DNA of 57,548 nucleotides, the filler included, from Basidioascus undulatus (Eukaryota): assembly GCA_000826855.1 (NCBI GenBank). It is 5 parts of 5 records of this genome, joined end to end, with 100 filler letters (N's around TTAATTAATTAA, not from the genome) between each part and the next. Parts side by side here need not be neighbours in the genome. Positions count along the whole stretch, not along the records: positions 1 to 11,415 come from JTLS01001006.1; 4 more parts are not named here. One strand, given 5' to 3'. This document shows, piece after piece, positions 1-11,515 of the stretch. The notes beneath the pieces are model-generated. The model was not told where the DNA came from, ran no database searches, and worked only from the letters and a program-made list of their open reading frames with translations. Made by a program: the position numbers and the translations under genes. Each line of letters starts with the position of its first letter. Position 1 is the stretch's first letter.

Positions 1-2776
1 AAGACGGGCGGCCGTCCAGCCGCGCGAGGAGCCCGAGCGAAAGGAGGTGCTCGAGGAGGTAGGCGCCCACGGAGGGCGCGATGCCCAGGTCGCGCGAGAG
101 CGCCTCGAGCAGCGCAGGGAAGGGGAGCGTCTCGTAGGGCACTTCTGGGGCGGCTGGACCAGAAGGGGACGAGGGGGAGGGGAACGGGGAAGAGAAGAAC
201 GCGCTCTGCTCGACTTGCAGGTGTTCCGAGTCGTCCGCCTGCGGGGCGGGCGTAGGCGGCGGCGGGGCCTTGAGGAGAGCGGTGATGTACGTCAGGACTG
301 GCCAGGAGAACATGAAGTCCTGTGCGTCGCGCGCGGGGCTGCTCCTCGCGAACGCCGCGAACGCGGGGCTCTTTCGCAAACGGCCAGACTCGAGGTACGC
401 CGAGTACAGGCGGACAAGGTGCTGGAGCTCGAACTCGTCCGGGGGCGCCTGGCTCTCCCCCCCACCGGCCTTGACAACTAAGCAGCCTGCCGCGATGCCC
501 GCCTCGAGGAGGCGGAGCTGCGTCCAGAGGACCCCGTGCGCGACGGCGACTGTCTCCCACGTCTGCTGCGCGAGTGCGTCCTCCTTCCACACGAGCGGGC
601 GGTGCGCGTCGAGGAAGTCGGCGCGCAGGGCGGGCCACGAGATTTCAAGGTGCGCGAGCGCGAGGGAGAGACGCTTGCATGATGGGGAGGCGGTGGACGC
701 GCAGGAGGCGTGGCAGAACCGCCGGCAGTCCGAACACTTGAGCGCCTGCTGCGTCGTCCCCCAGAGGGGCCGCCGGCAGACGAAGCACAGCGTGAGCGTG
801 AAGAGCGTGACGGGCTGGAAGGCGTGCTTCCCGGAGGGCGGCGCTGGGGGTGCGGGTGCGGGTGCGGGGAGAGGAGACAGGCAGGAGGGGACATCGGCGA
901 AGCGGACGAGACCAAAGCGCTGGTTCCCGCTCTCGGCCTCGTAGGTCATCGTCCACGCCGAGTGCCCGTCCTCGCCAAAGCAGTCGAGCTCGAGCGCGGC
1001 GTGCGAGCGCGCGTCGAGGAGCGCAAACTCGGCGATGGGGCGCGCGCAGGCTGCGCAGGCCGGGCCGGCGGGGTGCAGGCTGGCGGTGGACGAGCGTCTG
1101 CGCGAGGGGCGCGAGGGGAAGCGCCAGGGGAGGTACTGCGGCGGGGTGGGGTCGTTCGAGGACGGGAAGGTGAGGTGCGGGAGCGGGGGGACGACAGACA
1201 GCCGCCCGACGGAGGCCGGGTAGTAGGTCGTTAGGAGGCTGAGTGCGTTCCTGCGCGCTGCTGGGGAGGCGGAGTATGCTGCTACAGCGAGGAAGTCGAG
1301 GTAGGCGTCCTGCTTTGTGGAGATGATGGCGATGAGGAGGCGGTGGAGCGCGTGGAGGGTGGGCGTGTCTGCGCGGGCGGGGTCGAAGTGCTCGAGGAGG
1401 GCCGAGAGCAGGGGCGGGACGAGGGAGGCGAGGTGGTAGATGTGGAGGGGAAGCGCCGGGGCGAGGGTGGACACGGTCGTGTTTGCGGGGAGGTGCGGGA
1501 ACGAAGGCGACGTGGGCGAGAAGCGCACCCACCCCGGCCGGGAGGGCGGCTCGTCGGCGTGGATGGCGATAGAGGGCGCCCCCAGACTCGACGGCGCAGC
1601 ATCAAACATCGTTTCTGAGGGAGATCAACACAATGCATGTTTCGTCAAGCCCCGCACAGACACATACATCAACGACAACCGCACCTCGTTCCGAGCCCGT
1701 TCCCAGTCCCCTCGCTCTCCGCAGCGAATCCAGCATCCTCCGCAGCAGCGCACCCTCAAAAAATGCCATGAGCCGCCCGTGCGTCGGCGCGGGCCAGACA
1801 GCGAAGCCAGGGAGGAGCGCCTCGCCGATGCGCTGCTGCACGCGCGGGTCGTCGGACACGCCGCGGCTGAGGACGAGCGCGACGTCGAGAACGGCGAGGT
1901 GCAGGGCGTGAGGCGGGCGGGAAAGACGGAGGGAACGCTGCGTGTAGCGGCAGTCGTGCAGGGCGATGGAGGCGAGCTGGGAGAGACGAAAGGTGAGGTT
2001 GGATCGGGTTGAAAGGGAGACTGGGACCCACGAGAGAGATGGTCTGGTTCAGGAGCGATGAGCCGGTTAAGTTGGAGGAGGAAGGGAATGATGGGCGGGT
2101 GGGGGACGCTGAGCCGAGGCTGCTTCGTCTGCGGAGGCGGAAGGGGGATGTTGGGGTGGGCGAGAGCGGTGAAAGCAGGCTGTGGCTGTGTTCGCTATGG
2201 ACACACACGAGTTCAGCAGCACCTCACACACCTCTATTAGGGCTGACAGACCCACCTGCTTGCAAACAGCTTCCAACCCCGCTTGTGCGCGAGGAGGAGT
2301 ACATCAAACAGCGCGCCGACGAGGTCCGTCGTCCCGTCCGTCCACCATCTCACCTCCTCGCCCCTGCCCCTCCCTCGGGCCTCCTTGAACTTCTCCACAA
2401 GCCCCCTGCCCTGCCTGTCCCCTCCCGCCTTCCCCGATCCTCCCCCGCGGTATCGCTCAAACAAGCTCGGGGGCGTGTCGCGCTGAGCCAGCTGGGTAAG
2501 GATGTGCGCGAGGAGATTGCGCTGCTGGATGAGGCCCTGCTCGGAGCGCGGGGAGGGCGGGGCTTTGGGGAAGGAGGGGAACGACTCGGAAGAATTGGCA
2601 GCTGCGGAGGGTGTGACTATTCGAAGCGGGGGGAGGGCGAGCCCCGAGGAGGATGGGGACGCGGACAGCGAGAAAGACCGCGAGCGGCGTGCGGGCGAGG
2701 GCGAGGGCGAGGGGATCGACAGCGACGAGAACGAGGATGCGGTCGAGGACCCGCTGGGGGATGCTGGGCGCGACAT
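1..2776 (-). CDS. Large C1 (phorbol-ester/DAG-type zinc finger) domain protein, possibly UNC-79-like; multi-exon, 3' end runs off the window
   Basis: Hand-spliced: ATG at 2776 (MSRPASPSG...), exons ~2776-2256, ~2186-2032, 1976-1685, 1614-<1, with GT-AG introns and a continuous frame. Canonical C1 motif HAFQPVTLFTLTLCFVCRRPLWGTTQQALKCSDCRRFCHASC...C at ~826-677; degenerate first copy CAACARPIAEFALLDARSHAALELDC at ~1058-980. UNC-79 assignment is recollection/inference only. Confidence 0.75.
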
Positions 2777-3067
2777 TCCCAGCACAGAATGGAGATACTT
2801 TGAGGCCCCGATGGGCGAGATGGTGGTAGAGATCAAAGAAAGCGAGACCAGGGCAGGCAGCAGTGCGTTCGGCCCGGAAATGGAGGGGACGCGGCGCCAA
2901 AGTACCGGCGAGCGACCTTGATCTCAACGCTCACCCTCTGCTCGCTTTCGCCGTCTTGCTCTCCCCTTCAACTCCACTCCGTCGTACTCCTAACGGACGA
3001 GACACTTCATATTTTAGCAGCGTTCTCCTCGCCTGATTAACACACACCCTCACTCCGCCTGCCCACG

Positions 3068-4445
3068 ATGTCCTCCGTACGCCACTCGCTCGCTTCCCTC
3101 CCTGTCCAGCTCCAGCCCTGGGCACGCTGACTGACGATCACCATACTCCGCCACAGCAAGCCGAGCAGCTGCGTCTTGCTCAGCTTGAGAAGAAGCGCAA
3201 GGAGATGATGGAGGAGTTTGAGCGCCAGAAGGAGGACCTGTCGCGCGGCGCCGAGCGCAACAGGTGCGTCCCTCCCCATCCCCTACCCATCTCTTCGTGC
3301 GTGCTTATATTTCGGGAGGAGGTGGTAGGACCGGCTCGGACCGCTTCGTCGGCCGCGTCGACAGCGTCGAGGACCATCTCAAAAAGTCCACCATCGGTCT
3401 CGTCAACCTCGAGGACTTTAAGCACCGCCGGTTGATGCTGGAGGAGGCGCAGGCGCGCGAGGCGGCAAAGACGGCGGAGCTCAAGTGAGTCCTCACTCCA
3501 ACCTGTAATCTGTGGGATAGGGGCAGATGTTGAACTTGCGCGTCCTCAGACCCGAGGAGAAGCCCAAGAAGAAGAAGCCCAAGAAGGACCGGGCGACGAA
3601 GCTCTCCTTCGCGGGGGAGGACGAGGACGAGGACGAGGCAGAGCCGTCGGCGAAGAAGAAGAAGCTGTCCAAGAACCCGGGCGTGGACACGTCGTTCCTG
3701 CCCGACCGGGACCGGGAGGAGCAGGAGCGCCGCGAGCGCGAGGAGCTCCGCCAGGAGTGGCTCCGCCGCCAGGAGCAGATGAAGAAGGAGGAGATCGAGA
3801 TCACGTACTCGTACTGGGACGGCAGCGGACACCGCAAGAGCGTCAAGGTGCGCCTCCCCACCCGCTCCCCTCTTTCTGCTTGTGCGTGGGCGGGCTGGAC
3901 TAACTCGGCGGTGCGGGGAGCGCAGTGCAAGAAGGGCGACACCATCGCGCAGTTCTTGGAAAAGTGCAGGTTGCAGTTCCCTGAGCTGCGAGGGCTGCAC
4001 GTCGACAATCTAATGTACATCAAGGTCCGTCCCTGTTCCCTCTCCCCCTTCTCCCCTCCGTCCCTTCCCTCCCTCCCCCACTCACCCCTCCGACGGAACA
4101 GGAGGATCTGATCATCCCGCACCACTACACCTTCTACGACTTCATCGTGAACCGCGCGCGGGGCAAGTCGGGCCCGCTCTTCTCGTTTGACGTGCACGAC
4201 GACGTGCGCCTCATCGCGGACGCGACCGTCGAGAAGGACGAGAGCCACGCGGGAAAGGTCGTCGAGCGCGGGTGGTACTCCAAGAACAAGCATATCTTTC
4301 CGGCCAGTCGGTGGGAGGTGTGTTCCCACAACTTTTTTCCTTCCCCTTTTTGCTCTCTTTCATCTAGGTTGAGGGTTCTGACGGGGACGCCGCGCAGGTT
4401 TACGACCCAGAGAAGGACTACGGCGCGTACTCCATCAAGTCTTGA
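3068..4445 (+). CDS. xap5: XAP5/FAM50 family nuclear protein
   Basis: Spliced product [28 protein letters not shown]...[20 protein letters not shown]...[34 protein letters not shown]...[36 protein letters not shown]...[41 protein letters not shown]; hallmark FAM50 C-terminal motifs; TGA at 4443-4445. Confidence 0.95.
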
Positions 4446-4749
4446 TGTACTGGGCGGATGGCTCGCATGGACATTGTATTGCTTTCCTCTCGCGTCTGCT
4501 GGACCGCCCGAAGCCGTTCCTCGGCCCCACTGACATTCCTCGCACCGACGCTTTCTGCGTAACTCCCGCTCCTCAGAGTTGAATATCAATCGAGCAGCCC
4601 CTTGCGCTCCCCTTGTCCGCGGGAGCTGCGTTTCTTCGCACTCGTTCTTCGCATTGTCAATCTCACATTTTGGATCTCGGACTCCTCGACCCTCTTTAGA
4701 TCTATGTCCACTAACACCCGCTGAGACTGCAGCTACACTCTTCACTCTC

Positions 4750-5424
4750 CGCATCGTTTCGGCGAGCAAGGAGCGGCCTCCCTCTTTGGACATAGTAGAC
4801 TGTATCATAGAGTTCAGTGCATATTGTTCCAAAAAGCATCGGGCCAGACACAAACGTACATCCCGGTCGGTGGAACCTGCCGGTTTGATACATGACCTTA
4901 GCAGCTTCGGCGTTGACGATAGAGAGCTCGTTGGGTCCTTGAGAGATGGGAAGGTCAGTATTCTCTGTTACAGTCTTATCTTAGTCCCTACACTGAAGCG
5001 CGGAGCAAAACGCACCGATTCGCAGAAATTCTCCGTGGCGCCTGTGAAGCTGCGCCAGCACGTCGGCGCGCCTGCCCCAGAAGGCGACCCAAAAGTGCCA
5101 GAAACCGGTGACTTTGGCGAGGAGAGCACCCAGATACGACGCGAGAGGGTGCCATGGTAACAGACGGTAGACTCTGATACAGAGGGTGAGCGAGACGAGG
5201 TAAAAAATTTCGGTCTTCAAGGATGAGAAGGATGGACGACCGAGCGTCGATAACGCAATAGACGTTTAGGCAAACGACAAGATCAGAGTGACGAGACCGA
5301 GAGCTACGGCGAAGGCGATGGGAGCGGACTCGCGCCTTCGAAAGACGGGATGAGAGAGGAATGCCAGAGGCGGAGCAATGGTGGTAAGAAAGGCGACAGG
5401 GTCGGCTCGGACGAGGTCGAGCAT
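4750..5424 (-). pseudogene. Cytochrome P450 5' fragment (pseudogene)
   Basis: ATG at 5424, hydrophobic N-terminus, in-frame TAA at 5268-5266, then YRLLPWHPLASYLGALLAKVTGFW...LHRRHGEFLRIG|PNELSIVNAEAAKVMY, a typical fungal CYP N-terminus (HPLxxYPGP degenerate, RIGPNELS). No I-helix, ExxR or heme motif before the XAP5 3' end. Confidence 0.75.
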
Positions 5425-6561
5425 GATGAGCAGGTCGACGCTGCCAAAGGCAATGTGAAACGGGAGTGTGAAGTGGATTCACTGCGTCAGTTTCGAGCCA
5501 GGAAAGACGCTCGAGCTGACGGGAGACTAAGCTCGTTACGTACCGAGGGAAGGATTTGATCACTGTGTGAACTCCAGCGGATTTGAATGGTAAAAACCGG
5601 GCACAGTTGGAAGAGAGTGAGAGCGAATCGTGTTGCCCTCAACACTTATCCCCGCACCACCTGACGGCAACACGAAGCGATAGGAAGCTCAGATGGTGGC
5701 CGTGGCCACGGGTGGTTAGAGGGAGTAGTGAAGAGATGAGATGAGAAGACATCTGTGCATTTTTCGGGTGCCCTACTTTCAAGCAGGAGTTGGTGATGGA
5801 CGGGCTTCAGCGGAGGTCTTCCAGATGAGCGGTTAAACTGCCACCCACTCATCGGCAACAGGAAAGTCGGACTACTCGCACGAGCTCGACGTCTTTTTTC
5901 ATTATGTGGGGGGGAGGCCTGTCTGTTTCATCAGCGAGCCGACAGTGCGGACCGTCAAGAAGTGGGTGCCTCATTGCGCGATTCAGAGCAGGAGCAGTCA
6001 GGGTCCACATTGACCTCAAGACGGGCCGCGCAGGCACGACCGCAAATGGAATTTGGATGCGAAGACCAGACTCTCCAGAGGACGGTATATGCCCCACAAT
6101 TTTGGTCAGACTGAAAATACAGGAATCTATTCTGTGCTTTTTGAGCTGGGACGAGACGATGGCGAACCGGGACGAAAGCCAGCCTCGCAGCAACTCGCAG
6201 CGTCCCATGAAGAAGTAGGGGGAACAATTCCTCGCACAGTCGACGACGCCGGTGCGACGATATACCATCTAGGAGTGAAATTTGATCTGGGCCTATGTTG
6301 TGGTCTCCGCTGGAAAGTTCGTTAATGAGGAATAGAGGGCAGCGGATGAGCGGGTTTGCCGCCTGGCTAGAGACGGCGGCCAGTGAGTTCCGGTACCTTG
6401 CTCCTCCAACAGCTGACGAGGTCCCAATGTGGGGGAGGTTTCCCCAACCTCTACTGCCGTATACGATTAGTCTCACTTAAAGATCGCTTCTTCCCTCCGG
6501 TGTGCTGAATCTCTGCTCGTCTTCTTCCCTTCCTTATCTCCACACGGTGAGGACTCCTACC

Positions 6562-8637
6562 ATGCCAGACGGGAACAGCTTCGAGTTCATCCGGGATACT
6601 GGTCCGTAACCTTTGCATAAATCTGGTAAGTCTGGGAAGGGCACTGACGAAAAGACCAGAGGTCGTGTACGGTCTCGTGCTGGCGTGCCTGATGCGTCCG
6701 TTCCTCCTATTCGAGATGGCACACACATTGGGAGCTGGATAGCATGCCACGCCGCTTTGGGAGTTCTGCATCACTGCGGAGTGGGAGTGGCGGTTATTGA
6801 ACGGAAAGGTCTCGATTCGATGGCCTTTGATCGTGTACTATCTCAACCGTGTGGGTCTTGTGATGGCGCTCGCACTGTACATCGGTATCTCCCGGTGCTT
6901 GCCTTCGACAACCCTATCTCAGGCTGAAATTCATATAATGACGAACTTACAGTGCAAATCAAAACGAAGGTTAGTCTTCTTTCCATTTCACCCTTTCGGG
7001 GAACTGAGCGACTACTCCCAGTCTGAAGTCAACTGCAGCAGTGAGTTTGGCACCTTGCACATCGACCTGAGAAGCACTAGACTCTTTTGAAACAATTATT
7101 CCACAGCCATCATGACGGCCAACTTTTCACAGTCTGTCTAGCGAGAATCGTCCTCTGATGTCCTTTGCAGTTAATCACCTTCGCGGGCCTTTTGTGCTCT
7201 TGCTGCTCGAGCGGACTATTCATGCTTCGGCAAGGCCCCTTCGGTACTCATGGGCTGTTGCGGAATAAGCTGACGTCTCTGGCCCTGTCGGCTCCTCCTA
7301 GCGCGATGGCGATCTGGCAAGACAACACGGCTGCGACAGTCATCTTCCTCGTCTTGCAAGCCGGACAAGTCGCCGCTGTGAGTTGTTTTCGTGATCTTCC
7401 TCACGCTTTAAATACAGCACGCTGACAAAAATCACGGCCAGCGGACACACGGTGGGCAACGTTGCGGTGTTGACCCTGCCTGCGAACTAAAGAACATTGT
7501 TCGTCCTTCAGCGGTAACCCAGCCAAGGTCTGCGTGGATGGGCAGCGCCTGCCAGGCAAGTGGGAATCTGCATCATGAGCGAAGTATTGGCCGTTAATAA
7601 AGCCCGCGTTTCCGAAGGTGACCCACGTCAACAAAGCATCAACAATAGGTAGCGTTCTCAACAAGCGCATTCTCTTGACGGAAGTGACTTACTGTGGGCG
7701 AGCGGGCATGCAGCGATATATGCGTACAGTTAGTCCAGAAATTCAGTCCAGCTCCTGTGCACCGAAGTACTGAAAGCTCCGTTTAGCGGCTATCTATGAC
7801 AGCATCGTGACGTTTGCGTCGATGTACAAGCTAGGCCTCCGCCCTGGTAAAATCTCCTTGGTATCAAACGTGCAACGCATGTTTGTGCGCGATGGCATGG
7901 TGAGAGACCCCCTTTTTCGTTATTTTAGCCGGAACTGACGGCAACTGCGCTAGGGATACTTCTGCGTTGCCGTGGTGATGAATATTCCCTGCGTTGCATT
8001 CGCCGCCGCAGATCTTAACTCCGTCGTGCGTTGCGTTTTGTTCCTACTCCCTTTCATTTGCGATACATGGAACAGGGCATGGCTAACTTACCATATTTCG
8101 AAACTCTATGTTTGAAAACAGATGTTTGTACGTCCGCTCTCTACCCTCAATGCAACTTTGCGCTGTGGCTGAACGCGCACTGACCTTTCTCATTGTAGCT
8201 GATACCGGTTGTAAGATTATCGTACATCTTGGGGAGAAGTATATACAATGCTGATATTTCTTTTGTGAAGACGCCATCGGCAACGTTGTCGGTTGCGCTG
8301 TCGTGCCGGGCGATGGTCCGCCTTCGATGCTATGGCATCGAGAACGGGTGCGATGTTTTCCCTCTTTCAAGCTCCAAACAGGTTACTGTTGGTACAAATA
8401 TAGCTAACGTATCACATTTTCAGCCACGAAAATTCCAGCTCGAGAGGCATCGCTAGAAGTCGTTCTCGCTCTGGCACTGTCTACGGCGGCACGAGTGGGA
8501 GCACACGACAGCCGGACCTCGCCGGTATCACCGTCACGCAGGAGCAGACTATCGACAATGGGTTTCCGGAGACTATCCGCTATGTTCCGTCTGAGTATTC
8601 GCTTGTAGCCATGGTGGATATGAAAGTCAAGGTCTAG
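6562..8637 (+). CDS. Multi-exon polytopic membrane protein, DUF6533-like basidiomycete family (exon boundaries approximate)
   Basis: Segments EWEWRLLNGKVSIRWPLIVYYLNR, AMAIWQDNTAATVIFLVL, YDSIVTFASMYKL...RMFVRDG, YFCVAVVMNIPCVAFAAADLNSV, TPSATLSVALSCRAMVRLR occur in the order expected for this family, separated by short intron-like gaps. Confidence 0.6.
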
Positions 8638-9400
8638 CGTTGCGAGGGTCCGTCGATATCACTTGTACACCCTATCGGCTGCTCTTTGTGACTGGGCACT
8701 TTCCTCTATATTACATTGATGGAATGGGGCGGCTGTAAGGCATCATACTTCATCAGTGTTTTGTACAACTCCAGAGCATATGTTTAGATTTTGGCCTACG
8801 AGCACCCGAGTTCCAGATTGAGCATTGCAATGACGCCCAGGTGGGCTGCGGCATTACCGTGGCAGGCTTTACCGAGTATAAGTTTCATTATTAGCGGGTG
8901 AGACGGAAGGAAAAGGTTATTGAGGCAGTCTTGCAGGAAGAATTCAGCCTCAGCACGCCCCTTCAGAGGGGCGTCAGCCAGCGGCTTCACGGTCAAGCTA
9001 CGCCGCGTTTACATCTTAATCGCAGCGCCTGTGACTGCAGGAGAGATGTACCCAGTACGAGCTCTGACGAACAAGACTGAATAAGTAGAGGAGGCTCGGA
9101 GGAAAAGAAGCTCATGAACTCCAGACGAACTTGAGCAAGATGTCCAGCCTCGAATCGTTCAATAGCAAATTTCAAGCAAAAATCTTGGGCAGCTCTTGGG
9201 AGTACGGTCAAATTATCATTTCATTTGGTGGTACAGATTCTTGCGGAAACGAAATCTGGACGGGCGCGGCGCCCCTGCCGCCCTTGATCCGCAACTATCC
9301 AATCATCACCGTCACCATCACCAACCCGCGCTGCGCTGCTCCAGATTGCACACCTCCTCACCCACCCTTCGAGCCTAAGTCCTGCCTCAGATCCTCCAAA

Positions 9401-10049
9401 ATGACTCTTCCCGAGTTTCCAGTCGAGATCCACCGGCTCATCATCGCTGGTGGGCGCTCCGGCGCACCCGCTCTCGTACATTCGGGACTCGGCCACCTCG
9501 GCCTCGTTCTGCCTCATCTCGCGTTCTTTCAATCGCGAGGCGACCCAGCTTCTACAAAGCTCGATCGTCCTCCGACATCGGAGCGATGCGAAGAAACTCC
9601 TGGATACCGGGCGATCGAATCCGAGCCTCCTTGCCCAGGTTCGTTCGCTGCACTTCGACGGTCCTTGCATGATCGGTGACGAGATCATACATCTAATACT
9701 TCCGAAGGTGTCTGATCCTCGCCGCCTTTCTCTGGTACCTTCGACTTTCCATGGCTTCATTATAGGATCGAGGCTCGAAGAGTATGTCGACCCGTACCGG
9801 GAGTTTCACGTCCCATTTCTTTGGCGGGATCTTCTACCCTCGCTCACACAAGTCACCCGCATCGCCTTTCGGATGATTCGATTTTCAGACACGGAAGATA
9901 TTCAAGTCCTGCTCTCACTGCGCCGTCTCACTCATGTCGCCTTCCGCTGTGTGAGAAGGATGTACCTCCGCAGCGGCCCACGGCTGGACGGCACGGTGCA
10001 ACTCCTTTCCCAGGCGCCGTCACTGCGCAAGATCATCCTCGGTTTCTAA
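9401..10049 (+). pseudogene. F-box-like protein, frameshifted
   Basis: MTLPEFPVEIHRLIIA, frameshift at ~9449, then VGAPAHPLSYIRDSATSASFCLISRSFNREATQLLQSSIVL...LLAQVRSLHF and LRR-like strands (LTQVTRIAF, LRRLTHVAF, APSLRKIILGF). Paralogous to 43150-44130. Confidence 0.6.
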
Positions 10050-11415
10050 TAACATATTTATGATGACAAGAAGAATCTTTTCATGCGCAATCTGCACACT
10101 CTGCTACCCAGCTAACGTCCAGGTGGTCATGCTCGACTTCGAGCCAGGTTCCGGGGACGCGGATAGTTGACGGCACGCTGTGGGATATGGAGGAGTAGCT
10201 CCAATTTGGGTCTGTATGGGTTTCATGAAGTTCTGTTATTTCTTAATTAGCGAATTTTCTGTGCACACGAAGGCTGGTTCGAGGCACCGCTATCGTATCA
10301 GGGATGTCAGTTGACAAGGTAGGGTGTGGAAGCTAGAGGAATGCGCAGCAGCCCGGCGGAGTCGATGAAAACTAGGTAAGAAGGCAATCTGGTGCTGTAC
10401 AGAGTTTACAAGTATCCTGCGAGCGAAAGCAGACCGCATGCGGACAATGTAGAGACTCTGGAGGAATACCCGTCCAGAATGGGTCGACTGGCGTCTGCCA
10501 GCACAGACAGCTATCTGTAGCATTGTAGCAAAAGCCGGGTATACAGCACTTAATATGGCTATGTAACCCCAACGATACCAAGAGTTACCCTAATCGGACT
10601 ATATCCAAGTGGGTACTGTCACTGTCGTTTTCAGGGTAGGCGAACTCGGCGCTCGGAGAGGTAATGCCGTCACTCCATTCCGACTTGAAAAATCGAGACC
10701 TTTAAAAGCTATTGCCTTATGTGCCCTCTTTCGGGATGCCATATTGACGAGGCACGCTTGCCGGTTAAGGTAACCACCGCTGTGAGGCGTCCGGATACCC
10801 TGTCGGTTGCCTTCGCTTGTCGAACACTCGGTATATTGACCCATTGCAAATGCTCAGGTTGAAAACCTTGACATGGTACATCAAGGTGCGATAGAGAACA
10901 GTTTGCCGCAAAAATCGGACGCGCTCGCAGCGCGTGTCATGATCGTACAGCGTTGCACAGCAACCAAGTCTATCAGCTTGCTTCAGCTTTTATGTCTCAA
11001 CAACGTCCCGATAAAATGTCCAGGCTGGCCGCAAAACCCATCGGGAGACCAGTGTGACCGTGATATCGGCCGGCGGGCGGAGGCGGGTGCAGCGAGGTTC
11101 TGGTTCGGACGGGCTCCTTCACCAGTTCTCAAGTGCACGAACGACAGTACTGCGCTGTCTGAGCATCCACTGCAGCTTCCTCGTCGAGTAGTCGGGCTCC
11201 TGCTTCAATAATTGGACGTTCTGCGCCAGCAGCAGATCCCAAACACACACCGTCCCAAAACTAACAAACAATCTCAAACCAATCTCATCACGTAAACCAA
11301 TCTCATCACGTCCCCAAACTCAACCCAGGTAAGAAACTCTCCCCGCCTCCCTATCTAATCCAAATCAACCAGCTCCCTCTCATCCTCCACCGTCGTCCCC
11401 TTCCCAGACTCGCAG

Positions 11416-11515
11416 NNNNNNNNNNNNNNNNNNNNNNNNNNNNNNNNNNNNNNNNNNNNTTAATTAATTAANNNNNNNNNNNNNNNNNNNNNNNNNNNNN
11501 NNNNNNNNNNNNNNN
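11416..11515. other. Artificial 100-bp contig linker (N44-TTAATTAATTAA-N44)
   Basis: N-runs flanking a 12-mer with stops in all six frames; identical in all four junctions. Confidence 0.97.

Noticed and set aside
5850..6480. Further F-box-like relic (SLAAVSSQAANPLIRCPLF), and a similar hint at 10600-10840 (CLVNMAS...KGLDFSS)
   Set aside because: Similarity is too short and weak to support by eye.
11276..11311. Short perfect tandem duplications (18 bp here, 13 bp at ~20155, 15 bp at ~43032)
   Set aside because: Two-copy slippage duplications in non-coding DNA; ordinary, with no associated element ends seen.
11460..11471. TTAATTAATTAA as a piggyBac TTAA target or regulatory palindrome
   Set aside because: It sits inside N-runs and is identical at all four junctions; it is an assembly linker.
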